From positions 8,316,954 to 8,380,953 of the forward strand of contig CM120644.1 of assembly GCA_051362555.1 (NCBI GenBank): DNA of 64,000 nucleotides. The letters are read 5' to 3'. Each line of letters starts with the position of its first letter. Position 1 is the first letter of the stretch. The notes under the pieces are model-generated. The model ran no database searches and was not told where the DNA came from. It saw nothing but the letters and a program-made list of their open reading frames with translations. Both the position numbers and the translations under genes were made by a program. The stretch comes from Lingula anatina. Taxonomy: Eukaryota > Animalia > Brachiopoda. Below are positions 11,701 to 24,636 of the stretch, in pieces.

Positions 11701-12983
11701 TCGTGTGCTGATAAATAGACCTTCCACTCCAACACTGTCAATCACAGGTAACTCTAAACCAATCAAAGAAGAATATTTATTCTAGTTCCCAGAACCTGTT
11801 CGAGGGAGAAACGTGAGTTTGAATTCGTGGTAAAGTTGTCATGGTTCTTTGAACAATTTCATTTTATCCTATGGCATATCTAATGTTACACTTTACTGAT
11901 GTCTTTTGTCTTTTTTTTCCGTAGCATTTAAAATGTCATTTATATTAATTTTATCACGCTATAATATTTCATTTTATGACGGTGTTCTTATTTATTCTAA
12001 CTCGCATTGAAGGGTTAATTAATAAAAGTTATCCAATTAAAGGTATTGTTACCCTTCACCCGAAACTCTACTGCCTTAAATAAGTTATTTTGGGTAACAG
12101 ATATACCGTCAGTATTCAGAGACCTATTCAGATAATATTTTCACATATGTCATCTTAAGGGTGACGTCATAATTGCATTTTTGGGGTAAAAAACTGAAAA
12201 ACGGTTTCTCATATTTCTTTTTTACCTGAGCACCCACGACAGCCGTTTCAACGGCTATTTAATGACACTATTTAGTACTCCAAAACCCTGTCAGCGATTT
12301 TTTCTTAAAAGTTTTAATTCATATTTTTATCGTTGATAAAGCAAAATGATACCCTCGCTTAATGAAAATCTGTAATTAGGGGCTTATAACAGAAAAAAGT
12401 CATTGAAAGCAAAATGACGGCACGTGATTGTAGTACATACATTCGTGGTCAACTCTGCTAATTTTTGCGCTAAAATCTTGTTCAAAGATAAGTTACGGCC
12501 CATAACGATTGCTATCTCACCTCAAGAATAGAAAGCAATGCCTTTTGAAATTAAATGAACTGTCCAGTCTAACAATAATATGCAGTATGTTTTCGTCCAG
12601 ATTAAAGAAAAAAACGTTTCGCTGATCACTGGTGTTCTTTTCAAAGAAACTTACTCCAACGTGTCTTTATAAACGCCACGATTTTCAATATCTTAAACAT
12701 GTCCTCTAGTTTAGCAACAGCAATCATCACTACAAAAGAATACGCCGCTAACACTGAACAATATCATTTGATTTCCTTGTTCATTTCCTAAATCTCTATA
12801 TAATTTTTAGACTAAAAACTTAACAACGCAGTACATAAAAATACAAACATCGTAAGTCAATCGCAAAAATAACGCTGCGCTTTTTTTTTAAACCGGACAA
12901 AAAGTAGAAAAAAATATGTTAAAGTTACCTTGAACATGGACCAGCGACACTATGCTTGCCACCACAAAGAAGATGCCTTTCAT
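5705..12983 (-). CDS. Triple WxxW/CysD-domain secreted protein, copy A (304 aa)
   Basis: Coding exons: 12983-12929 (MKGIFFVVASIVSLVHVQG), 9011-8935, 8254-8044, 7774-7698, 7533-7329, 7065-6959, 5887-5705. All introns are GT-AG with consistent phases; total 915 nt. Motif WTxW/YxDRDNPxGxGDxE...CxDYEV/IxF/YxCP occurs three times. The signal exon is assigned by its 55-nt coding length and phase, which match the paralogs. Candidate UTR-exon donor at 13198; AATAAA at 5451-5446. Confidence 0.88.
8798..8924. repeat. 31-bp tandem repeat, about 4 copies
   Basis: Unit CAGTGGWCAGTATATTTATAACAGCTGAAAT. It is single-copy at the paralogous position in copy D (~43791-43826). Confidence 0.9.
9580..10250. mobile_element. 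Degenerate non-autonomous element with internal diverged ~140-bp repeats (possibly Helentron/HINE-like)
   Basis: Begins TAGAAAAACACTCAGGAAGCACAGACCTCC after an (AAT)n tract, has repeated internal blocks, and is absent from paralog introns. The class is assigned by resemblance only. Confidence 0.35.
10259..10477 (+). mobile_element. PIF/Harbinger-type MITE
   Basis: Ends GACCCCATTCCCAGAG / CTCTGGGAATACGCCC, with TAA on both sides (10256-10258, 10478-10480). A near-identical inverted copy is at 38102-38316. Confidence 0.85.
10610..11271 (+). mobile_element. Solo LTR (662 bp), BEL/Pao- or Gypsy-like
   Basis: TGT...ACA termini; perfect 5-bp TSD ATATC (10605-10609, 11272-11276); TATATAA at ~10705; ATTAAA at ~11211. 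Confidence 0.75.
10785..11120. repeat. GC-rich 64-bp minisatellite inside the solo LTR
   Basis: Units start at 10785, 10849, 10913 and 10977 (period 64); degenerate units start at 11038 and 11104. Confidence 0.95.
12041..12543. mobile_element. Possible Kolobok-like non-autonomous DNA transposon
   Basis: TTAA|AGGTATTG at the left end and CAATGCCT at the right end. The right-hand TTAA is not intact. Confidence 0.3.
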
Positions 12984-15203
12984 GATGCGTCTGAACTGAA
13001 AAAGAATATTAAAAGAAATGTACATTCATAGCTTTGCAACTTGCGTTCATACAACACTGTCATGCCGACAACATTCTAGGTAAACCGACAAGTAAACATT
13101 TTGTTCAAGTATCGATTGTTCTTTCGAAAATAATACGATTAACCAATTTGAACAGAAGAAATTCAACATAAAAGAAAATCATAAAAAAAGTATCTTACCC
13201 GTGCTTGTATTTGCCTGGTTTGAATTCAGATTATCACTGCTGTGCCAGATCCCCGCTCAGTATACCGAACGTATAACACCAAACCCGCTTTCTGGGCGTT
13301 TAAGAATGCATTCTCGGTCTTTCCACGTGACAAAGGCCTCATTCGCATTGGAACTACCGGTCTCTGTAAATCGGTCCAACTCCGCAGGGACACTCGCTGA
13401 ATGCAATCAATTTTACAAATTTACACGCTTCAACCAGGCGTTGGGTAGAATACAGTAAATCTGGTGATTATACTAGTACATATACTAGGCTTGTCAGTCT
13501 GTTTAATTACTTGTGTTCAGCGAAAATTGGATTGATCTACATAGACCGACAACTTCAGTGGAGATGAGCCCTAAGTATACGCCCTCGGTTTCCCACGTCG
13601 GAAAGTCAGCAGTAACATTACCCTATAACAAAGCAATATATATATATCGCTCACGATAAAGTATTTTCGACTTGAAGTGCTAAGAGGTGTATTTTTATGC
13701 CAAAAAGAGAAAAAAGAGAATCTTTTAAACCAGATGAGTGTATGAATGAAGCCACTTACAGTCACTGCTATTGTAAAGAATGCCACATTTGAACGATTAA
13801 ACCTGGCTTTATTTGCAAATTAGAACAGAGTTAACCCTCCTTGCCCTAAACAGAAATAAATGAATGGATACTTATTCATACATAAATGCTGTGGATTCAT
13901 AAAACTGGCGTAGATGCAACCTGGAGGGTGTGCAGAAACGTTAAACATTACTCAGAAAAAATACTTGAAATGCCGTGAGTGAGGAGGAAAACCATTTAAC
14001 ATTAAAGGTTGCTACAATTTCTGTCAGATAGTAGCAGTCTCTGTGAGGCCGTATTCGGGACATTCTGCTCTGTAAAATTAACATCATTCTTCCTACGTGT
14101 ATACTGTATTATTTGTTGGAGAAATTATACAGTTATTGCAGAGTTTATTTCTTATGTATTATGGTGTTATAGTGGCCACAAACCCAATTTTGTCAGCTTG
14201 CTGAATTATTTATGGAAAATTGCTACATTCTGATGCTCAGCAGTTCTGTAAAAAAATAGGTTTATTGTTGAGTCATTTTAAGAAAATATTTTGATATATT
14301 ACATCTCTGAAAATTATCTGAACATCCCATGGAACATTTGGGAATATCTGAAAAACTGATACCTGCTTCACAGGTATTATACATCATACAATATAAGAGC
14401 ATCATATTACACCAGCACGTAGCTGCTGGTGAATATTCTCACTGACCACAAATAGGTTAACCCAGTAACAGGTTGCTCATATGGCTTAATGCATCACTTA
14501 ATACATACTGATTCGACCATTTCATCTAATCTGTATCTTCAACGAAGAGTTCTTTGCGATAACAGAGGAAATATTCATGAAATGAAATGCTAAATGACGA
14601 CGAGGGTGTCGAGGCAGAGCAAGTTTCATTCTTCTGTATAATAAAAGGCAAGTACTGTGATTAATGAAGTGATGACAGTGAAAAAACTCGTGTGAGAATC
14701 AAGTGGGAGGAAGCAGATGTAGAGAGACTAAGCAGAAACACGTAATTTTGGCTTCGTTTTAACATTTAACAAATCTTAGATGATGGAAATTTCAGATTGT
14801 GTGCAGTGGGATCCAATATCTAAAGTTATGGCGGCCAAAAAATTAAACTGATGTCAATTGTTGAACTAACTTTAGATATTGAAAAATGTACTTAACATTA
14901 AATAAGTTACGGAAATAACAACGTCCACAAGTGCCTATCATTCGAAGGGTTTACTATAAAATATTAGCTGTTTCAATGATGGATAAATATTAACTAACTC
15001 ATTGATGAGACTGAGGATTACTGATGACAATGTGCTGTGGATAGGGATGTAATAGATAAAGATGCTGGTGACGATCAGGAGACTGAAATGTGGATTGAAA
15101 AATAAAACGCTCACTGGAGGTAAGGAAAAGACAATATAGTTGGATAGGATATTGAATATAATTGAGATTTTGAAATAAAAACTGGTGATGCCAACGTTAT
15201 TCG

Positions 15204-15205
<2 letters not shown>

Positions 15206-15261
<56 letters not shown>
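15206..15261. repeat. (TA)n microsatellite
   Basis: Visible. Other simple repeats: 23346-23404, 42927-43068, 58017-58097 (TA then poly-T), poly-A 25475-25522, (TAT)n 35963-36011. Confidence 0.95.
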
Positions 15262-15264
<3 letters not shown>

Positions 15265-18200
15265 TTAGTTGGTTGAAAATCGAGTGAAATGAGAGGTCTG
15301 TATGGTTGTGGTAAAATATAATCAAATAAATAGTAGAATTAATTAAAAAACAACTCAATAAATAGCAACTGGAAACGTGAACTGCCGCTTCAGTGACTGA
15401 TGAATGTCACATTGTTAAATTTTGTCAATGAAGCAATTGGCAATGATCGTAAATATCAGTTTTTATGGCTCATATTTCAGAGTGACTCACTATTTCAGTT
15501 ATAAATGGCAATTAGTTTCTACAAAAAAATGATCAATATTCTGCCAAAAATGCAGTTGTTATTATTCATATGCTAGTGATCGTTATTGCACTTGAGCTTG
15601 AGGTATGTTCTAATAGTGTGACCGCAATTTATATAACTTATATATTAATTAATATTTGATACTAGCCAAGCCTATTCACCTTGCATAATGGCGTAATTGA
15701 TGACCCTTTGAAGTGTTAATACACCTACTACACGCATTGTCCCAAAAGCCAATCTACTCAGCTTGCCGAAACATTCGGACCTGCTACATTTTTCAACTGA
15801 GTATTTTTTGGACAAAATCATAAAATGAAGGTGTGTAAATAAGATAGTGTGACTTATTTATCACTTAAAATCAGAAAAGAAATATTGCATTCAAACGTGA
15901 AAAAATTCGGATGAGTCAACAAGGTGAACAAAAACACAGTTTTCAGTCCAACTCATCAGCATCGTTAAAATACAAGAGATATTTCTTCTTTACGGGTAAA
16001 TTTCTCTCTCACCACAAACAGGATAACGCAGTAAAAGCTTATAGCTTGATTTGAAACAGCGTTGTATATTTAATTGTATCTGAGATAAAACGATAAAACG
16101 ATACTGATAGGTAATACATGTACTTAGTATTGTGCAAATCAAGAGGTGCTGACAGAGGAAGTTTAATGATCGCTTTGAAATGCTAAGTATAAGAAAAACA
16201 ATATATCTGGAGTATTTATAGGCTGGACATATTCTAAAATATCATATTGCTTTTAAAAACACTATAATGCCTTCAGAAACGTAACTTAAATGAACATTAA
16301 ACGTCCATTTTCCATAAATGCAGATTTCCACTTAACACGTAAAATACATTTTATCTCGAATTTGACTGAACATAGGAAGAAAACGATTTAATTATTTAGC
16401 CTTTGAGGTGTTTATGTTCAACGTTTACCACAAATGGAAGCTTTTTGGCTCAATCACTTCATTAAAGATGCGACATCTTAGCGATTTCCATCATATTTTT
16501 TCTCAGCTCCCAAACATTTATTAAAGTCGAGGTCGTTGAAATTGAATTTAGCTACTCGTATATCACAACATATGTATCATAACAGAGTAACTGAGGGGAG
16601 AACAAATAATTTACTCCCAACGCATTTCTTTCAATAGCTCTTACAGCACCCTGAAAGAGCTTAATCAAATATAGAATTGTTCAGAAATCGAAACAAAAAG
16701 GCGTGACTAGGAATAAGATAGAAATTAAAAAATAAAAAGCCGGAAAACGTTCATATGCAAACCGTTAGATTACGGTCAACCTGGACGTAGGCACTCATCA
16801 GACTGATGTGAATAGATGTTGTTGCTCACTGACCGCTAACTAAATAGCAAACGGTAGGAAAGTTTATCGGCTTGTGTTTGGTAAGTTTTATGAAGTAAAG
16901 AAATTTTGGAAGAGACAGCTGATCACGAGGGAGTAAATAAGGAAGGGTTTTCATAAGCTCTTCATATCTTTAAACACCTTATTGTTTCTAAAAATATTAT
17001 AATGATGCCAGTCAGTGGATTTAAATGAAAATTAAATACTGATTTCCCGTAAATACAGCATTTCATTTGACACGTGTAATAAATAAAATCTCGCATTTGA
17101 TAGAATGTGGGGAAAGTCATTTAATTATTTAGGCCTTTAAGGTTTTATGCTCAACGTTTGCGACAAATAGATGCTGTCAGCTGGCTCAACCATTTCATTA
17201 AATATGCGACGTCTGTCCTATTGCCATCATATTTTACCTCAACTCCCAAACACTAATTAAAATCTTAAGATAAATCAGAATGCCTTGACAAAAACAGAAA
17301 TCGCAACATATGGCCTTTGAAAGTAGATTTTGCTCATCGTGAAGCATCATGGAGTGAATGAGAGACAGGCAAATAATTAACCCTTATGATAATAATAATA
17401 ACTAGCAATTTAGTCTATAGCTCAGGCAAAAACCATAAAACAGCTTGAACGAATAAAGGATTTGTCAGAAATAGAAATAGAAATTATGATTAAGAATAAA
17501 ATAGATATTAAAAGAAGCAAACTGTCTTCGATGTACCTGCTACCCTTGTACTGGTTTTTATTCTCCCCCCAATCTATTCAGCTACAGGTAGTTGTTTTTA
17601 AGTCACTGTGTTTTACTGATTCAAGTATATTTATAATGTACTATTAGGAGCAAGAAGGACGGACACTCCTTACACGTTCCCAGAGGAACTTTCAAATTAT
17701 GGCTCTATTGTATTTACTCGGCAGTTCTGTAAAAATCAGTTTTATTAGTTAATTCTTTTGAAAAATATTTTGATTTGTGACATTTCATTTAAATATCTGC
17801 AATTTTTCACTGACAAATGAAATGGAATTTCTTTAAGTATTACAAAATAGTCCATAGTGCTATTTTTCTAAAAAATTAAATCCTGAAATAAGATAATCCA
17901 TAAGAAACCGATTTAATTTTTCAGGCAAAGGGGATATTTTGGGGATATCTTCAAATTCAAATATCCTGCTCATTCACACAACGAAATATCAGTGCTAATT
18001 TACCTTAATTTTTCCTCAACAACGGGCAAGAACCTTCAAATTTAACACAATGCACTGCTGAAACCAAAACTAGTTAAGTCTTTGAATTTAACTTTTGCTA
18101 CATAACGGAGAGACTGAGGTGTGGGGTGTAAGTAACTACTCATACTACTGTTTTTGCCTTTTTACCTGCTCTTTCTTTTTTATTCAATTCCCGCATTCGA

Positions 18201-18919
18201 ATTCAGTTTCATCTTTAATGGTTATGTGTGCATTGTGAAAACACCCAATTTCCACTCTCAGAATTGTGAGAAAAGACTGCCCCATCTCTGAATTGGTATT
18301 TGCAGGGGGTGAGGTCCAATTTTTCTCTAATGTCCTACATGCGTTGATGAAAATTACAGTAAATATGTTTAATTCAACGCGCAAGTATAATATACACACA
18401 TTGTTCCCAAACTCAATCTACTCAGTTTACTGAATTATTAAAAAAACGTAAGATAAAGGTGTGCCAATAGAATAGGGTGACTTATAATCACTTTTCCCTA
18501 AAAATCAGCAAAAATAAAACTGCATTCACACATGAAAAGTTTTGATGAATCTACGAGGTGAAAAAAACCAATTAACAGTCCAACTTTTCAACAAAGTTCA
18601 AATACATTTCTCCCTCACCCCAAAAAGGTTAAAGCAGTAATTAGTTTGTAACACATTAATTAGTTTATTAGAATCATAAATAGTATACACATATGGAGAT
18701 GGCAAATTGATTTAAGCTTTATGTGCTCATTTTAAGATAACTTCATAAAGGAGAAAAGAAAAGAAAAATGTTTATGATAAAAACTGAAATATAAATTTTG
18801 AAAATTAGTTAATTACAGGGGGGTGGAGGGCCTGGCACATCGCAGGGCAGCTGTAGGAGGGGATAGGCAGTGGGAAGGATTCAACCCGAGGGCGGTCGAG
18901 TGGCTAATTCAGAGTATGA

Positions 18920-19650
18920 AGTCACACATTGTCTATTAGAGTTTAATTTTCTCTTATTGCGTTCTCAAGTTTATTTAGTCATCTCTGGGTATCTTTTAGA
19001 CTGCTTTATAGAAATTACAATAATTCGTCTTTTTAAGGGGGCATCGAAAGAAGAAATATCGTCGAGTTTCAGCCTTACCATATAGACAGTTTAGAGTGTT
19101 AAAAGATAGCCAAATATGCTTATAAAGTTGAGATCTGAATGAAAAGTCGATGCGAGCCCGATTAAGATGCATTTTTTTATATCCAAGCAAGCCTTAAAGT
19201 GATCATAGATCGGGATCAAGAGAAAAGTTTAGTTTTGAGAGAATATTTGAGTAATGCAAAACTAGGGCTCTTCTGCTCTAAATTAAGACTGTTCCATGAA
19301 GACATAAGGAAGTATTCAGGGGCTTTATAAGTTAATTTGGCAGGGGTTGTGTAGTTTCTAACAATTGTCCAGCGTGTGAAGCAGATGGATTTCTAAAAGA
19401 TGAGAAATACTCAGTAAGGTACGGAGGAGCAAGATTATGGTGAATTGAGAACATTATTTTTTGGCATGCATTATACTTTGATCTTTAGGTGTTGTCCAGT
19501 TCATTTGCATTAGTACCTTGGATGTATCAGAACCATGCAGGCAAAGCACCCAGGACAAGTAAACCCGATTGGTAAGGAATCAACGGGAGTTTTGAGAGGT
19601 TTCTTATGCTCGCTGAATGGTAACGCAAGTAATCAATGAGAGATAAGACA
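18920..19650 (-). mobile_element. Decayed LINE 3' fragment (CR1/L2-like)
   Basis: Minus-strand fragments HNLAPPYLTEYF and LNCLYGKAETRRYFFFRCPL resemble the C-terminus of LINE ORF2, including the C-x-C-G...ET..HF...CP knuckle. Several stops are present. Confidence 0.55.
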
Positions 19651-20656
19651 TATGCGTTGTATAAAATATTAATGAGCTAAATTATGAGAAATGTAATAAA
19701 CGATGGGATAATACGCTTCAATTCCCGAAATGTTTCGATTCTGTTGATGTAAGTGACTGTTACTGCTCATGTTTGTGAAGTGATGTTGATGTTTGGATGT
19801 TGATGCATGGAAACCACGAGCGTCACATTGAAATTCTTGACCACCCCCCCTTTTACCATCAATAGAAAACATTTGAGGACAGGAATCATCCGTTCAGTTT
19901 TCAATATTATACCGCTTTACCCCACAGAACCTACCCTCACCTGCATTATGTTTTTCTAATAAAAATGCAAATGTGAAACCCTGTCATAATAATAAATGGT
20001 CATTTTTACCCCACTTAGTCTCTATTTTCCTGTGTACGATACATAGGCGCAAAGCTGATATTAATACACATTTTTTGCAATTAATGGATTTATGATGTGT
20101 GCATTAGTTTCTGGTTAAATAACACCATTGGGTTCTTCCGCCAAGCATAGGCGGCAGTGATATGACCAATCTAATGATGTTCTCAGGACTCCAGTTTAGC
20201 ATTTAAGGTGCAAAATGTTGTTGTATGTGGTCATACGTCTACACCCACCACCCCCAATTCATTCAGCACCCCGAATCCTCTGCAACGCCATTAACTGTTA
20301 TCTGCATCGGGTTCTCTCTGTCTTTATGCTTTCCCCAAAAACATCTCATAATTCAATATCAGTTAATAGATGATCCCGCATGTATGACAATAACTAGAAG
20401 TGGTTAAAAGCACTGCTTTATGTATTGCACCCAACAGAAAGCTGAACACCTGGTATTGGGAGACCTGCCTTTATACTTAACAGACTGTCACTTCAGAATT
20501 AATTCACATAGACTAACAGGTAATATTTCTCCGATTCCTTCGAAATTGAAATATATGTAAATATTTAAAATAATTCGAAATTATTTGCGTTTATTTCAGA
20601 TAATGTATGTCATTTAACATGATGTATGTGTCACTTCTTCCTGGGGGTAAGCAAAG

Positions 20657-23343
20657 TTATGGACACAGAAAACGAACTTCGTAATCGTAGCAATATCCAC
20701 TCGGCTGGTCGCTGTTGACGCAGGCGAACCCTTCAGAAGGCGTGCACTTCACTCTGATCACCTGACCCGCCTGATCCCATGGCTGATTGGTTCCTCTGAC
20801 GCGGCACTGGATATCAATTGGTTCATTATTGGAGCACTTGAAAAGAGAGAGAAGACGCCTTTGTTACCATTTGTGATATTTTTGTCACAGTCATAATAAG
20901 GGTGTCACTGTCTTTCGGAAATTGTACGCACAATTCCACCCCCAAAGATACAGTCTTAAAGTGTTAATTAAAAGTAAAATTTAAGTTAAAGTAGAATTGT
21001 TTTTCTGGCTGCCAACGTGGAACTGTATTTCACACGACACGATGTGTTTATTTGTATCATTTTTATATCCGTAATAAAGGATTATTCCTAAAATGAAGAA
21101 GCGTACAGTACTAGTACGAATCGATGCCAACCTGCGTGTAAGGACTGATGCAAGTTTGTAAATAATTACTAATTACTCGGTTTTAGCAATATTATAATAA
21201 ATCGTGTGCATATGTAAGTCAATAATTTGTTTTTGTGTTTAATGGCAATTTCAAATAGGAAAATTTGATGGAGTTATTTAACTCTGAAACATAACGAAAA
21301 TTCCACGGCTTTTGAAAGATGTAAATATCCTTTCTTTGAGTAACGAATGTAATTTGTTGGCATAAAGTCCCCACCCGCTTTATCCTCTTATCATTAACTA
21401 AAGATATAAATAACATATACGACAAATATCTGAAGCTAAAAACCAGCACTCCAGCCATGCTGTCCCGAAGGTAGTCAAAATTTCATATTTTTCAAATGTG
21501 AAAATAGACACCGAATATTCGATAAAAAGGTTGAAACTACCACAATAAAGCTTAACTGCGTTCTATTTAAACCAGTTTTTTTATACTTAAACATTATTTC
21601 ACGTTTTGGAAATAAGGCTAAAAAACATGCCAATTTCAAACTAAAGTCTATACCCAGCAAACACAGAACCTTTATATATAGCCAAAGAACTTTACACAGA
21701 AACGTTTTGAAACGTTCTGTTTACTGGGTAATACCTACCGGATTATGTCCCGTTGGCCCTACGAGTTCATAGTCTCCACTACCGCCTTGGCTGTCTCTGT
21801 CTAACCAGGAAGTCCACGTTGCGCAAGAACATGAGCTACATGTGCCTGCGTGATAAGTTATAAAAGTTAAAAGTTATACTGTAATGAGTGGAATACGCAA
21901 TTTATTTAAAATCAATGAAAGGCTACATGACTATCACTAAACTACTAAGCTGGTATATCTCCTGGAAAACACAAACTGGAGTTGAGCAAAGGAGCAAATG
22001 AACCAGTAGTAAATCTCAGTGGACCAGCGAAACATGGAGTGGTTTTATGTGGTGCATTTACTCTGTTCACATTCGACAGTTTATAAGACGACTTACATAT
22101 AGTTGGGCACTTGAACTGCACCTCGTAATCCTTGCAGGTCCCCCCGTTGACTTCTGTAGTACAAATCAAGCCATTCTCCCAGCTACAGTCATGGTTGGTA
22201 TTGTACGTGTCTCCAGTTTCGTAATAATGGTCTTCGTCCACTACATCGCGACACTGGGCGCATATTGGGCGACCACCATTGCAAAGGTTGTTGCCATCAG
22301 CCTGAAAAAAAGAGAGAACAAATTTTAGTTGTAAATAATACCATAAAGATATCGAGGGCGATGTATACGTTAAGATCAAACAGAAATACAAATAAACAGA
22401 TTTAGTGCCATCTAGGCAAGTAAAGTAGCGACAGCAGATATTTAAGGGGTATTTAACGAATATGACACAGAGATCGGTCAATTTAAAACTTAAGACATAG
22501 CAAATTTTATGGTAAACTTACTAAAAGATAAATGTCACAGCCAGAGGGTAATTTATTTTCGTTTGGCAGCTTCAGTAGGCGTGCCAGACACCTAATGCAT
22601 TTGAAGTCAATTTACCTGTACTACCACAAAAGCCTACCAATAGTTATCATATAATTTCAAACACTGTAACTTAGAGAATTACATAAGTCTTTTTTTAATA
22701 TCCGAAATATTATATTTGAACGGATTTTTCTGCCAGGTCTCTGCGTTGTAGATAAGTAGGTCAGATAGAAAGGTCGTATCTACGACCACAAATTTGAAGA
22801 AGGTGCAGTTAAAAGCTCTTTTATGACTGATCCCTTGCATGTTGACTTTATTTGAGTAGTATAAGAATCTAGCAGAAGTGTTTTTTATCGTTTTCTGGGA
22901 ATCCATGCTCCATCGGCGCTCGGTACAATAAAAAAGCAATAATAGCTTGGGTGAACATCGCAAAAAAAAAAAAATAAAGAAAAAAGAAAAAAAAGAAAGA
23001 AAAAGAAAAAAAGAAAATTCAATAAATTACCATTCACCACCGTAGGAATAATCCGATCGTGATGCGTTTTAAAGTAAACCAACTTTTTTTCCAAAGGAAG
23101 CTCCTGACTTTATTTCTAGTAAAACAATTCTTACCCTGAATGATGCAACGTTTTCCCAGTCGCCGGTGCCGCTAGGATTATCCCTATCTAGGTAGTTTGT
23201 CCAGTTTCCAGCTGAGTAATAGAATAGAGGAAATCAAAATGAAGATATGTATAATATCCAGATAACTGATGCATGTCACCATTTTAAACTTAGTAATGGG
23301 ATAATGAAAATAAAAAAATAAAAATTTATATTGGTATGTACAC

Positions 23344-23406
<63 letters not shown>

Positions 23407-24278
23407 CAGTTTCCATAGCACTTACACGTAGTAGGGCACAAGTATTGTATCTCATAGTCATTGCAGGATAAGTCGGGCTGCTGGGAGTTGACACACGCTA
23501 GACCTTTGGTGGGTAGACAGTGAATCGCCAATATATCTGGAGCAGTTCCAGACCAGCGCGTGAACGTAATGTTTGATCCCCTCACGCGACACTGTGCTCC
23601 GATGGGTTTACATCCGCCACAGACGTAACCTAGTCTCTTAATAAACATATTGTATATTCATGTGTGCATTTTTCCATTTTCTCATTTCACAGAAAGCCAG
23701 ACAAAACCTAACCTCTCTCTCTCTCTCTCGTTTTGCTATTTCTTAATTGCCACAAATTACTATACATTTAAATTTACTCGTTTATTTATTCATTTATTGT
23801 TTATTGCAGAGAATTGCCCACCGAGAGCTCGTTGAGTTATTTCCATGTAATAGTCTTTCATCTATTCAACTAACCAGCTAAAATGAGCAGTAATTTTTAT
23901 CACCTTTTGTTCATACAGAGTTTCATAATCCCCGTCACCACTAGGGTTGTCTCGATCATACCAAGGGGACCAGTAATGACCTGGAAGGAGATATACTTCA
24001 AAACGTAAAATCGTCGGCGAGATTTTGTTCAGAGAATACCACGGTAATGGTTATTTAATTGCTGACATTTCCAAGAAAAATGTTTTAGCTTCCAAATGGT
24101 TGCATTCTTTGACTTATAGCAACAAAACTACTTTGTCACACGTGTTGTCCATCAACACACGACATGAAATTATGAAAATATAAATGTAGATGTACGGGAT
24201 ATAAACAAAGCAAGCCGTCTTACCTTGTATCGAATTCAAAGTCAGCAAACAAGAAAAAACAAATAGCACCGAATTCAT
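20657..24278 (-). CDS. Triple WxxW/CysD-domain secreted protein, copy B (303 aa)
   Basis: Exons: 24278-24224 ([19 protein letters not shown]), 23980-23904, 23636-23426, 23211-23135, 22301-22097, 21845-21739, 20836-20657. GT-AG introns, open frame, 912 nt. Confidence 0.92.
21653..21728. mobile_element. Miniature CCCAG-ended (CMC/EnSpm-like) element
   Basis: CCCAGCAAACA...TGTTTACTGGG flanked by TA. Remnants occur at the same intronic position in A (~6838-6948) and D (~41140-41188). Confidence 0.6.
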
Positions 24279-24535
24279 GTTATGCCTGAAAAGCGTAGCA
24301 ATAACCAGGCTGAAAGGCAATTTAATATGGCATGTCGCTATTATCATCATATAACTGTTTTGTGAATTTATAGATTCAAAACATAAAACAATATTTTTTG
24401 GAAATGCTTTCCTCCACTATACAATATCTAAAATAAAGGCATGAGAAATGATAACCGACTTATCCAAATATTACAACAAATACCACGTACTGTTTATTAT
24501 TAAATTGTAAATTGGTAAACTCTTCATTACCTCAC

Positions 24536-24636
24536 CTCTATGGTGCAGCCACGTCGAGGTTCCAATGAAGGATGAGTTTGATCCAAGTCTAACAGCGTCT
24601 TCTGACGAATTATCTAAGACAACGCCAATTTATATA
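24536..24636 (-). promoter_or_regulatory. Core promoter and non-coding exon 1 of copy B
   Basis: TATATAAA at 24636-24629; TCAG initiator-like site about 30 nt downstream (~24603); donor GAG|GTGAG at 24535. Conserved in C and D. Confidence 0.7.

Noticed and set aside
14540-15130. Possible decayed coding fragment (KTRVRIKWEEADVERLS)
   Set aside because: Short and full of stops. It may be a transposon relic, but I cannot assign it.
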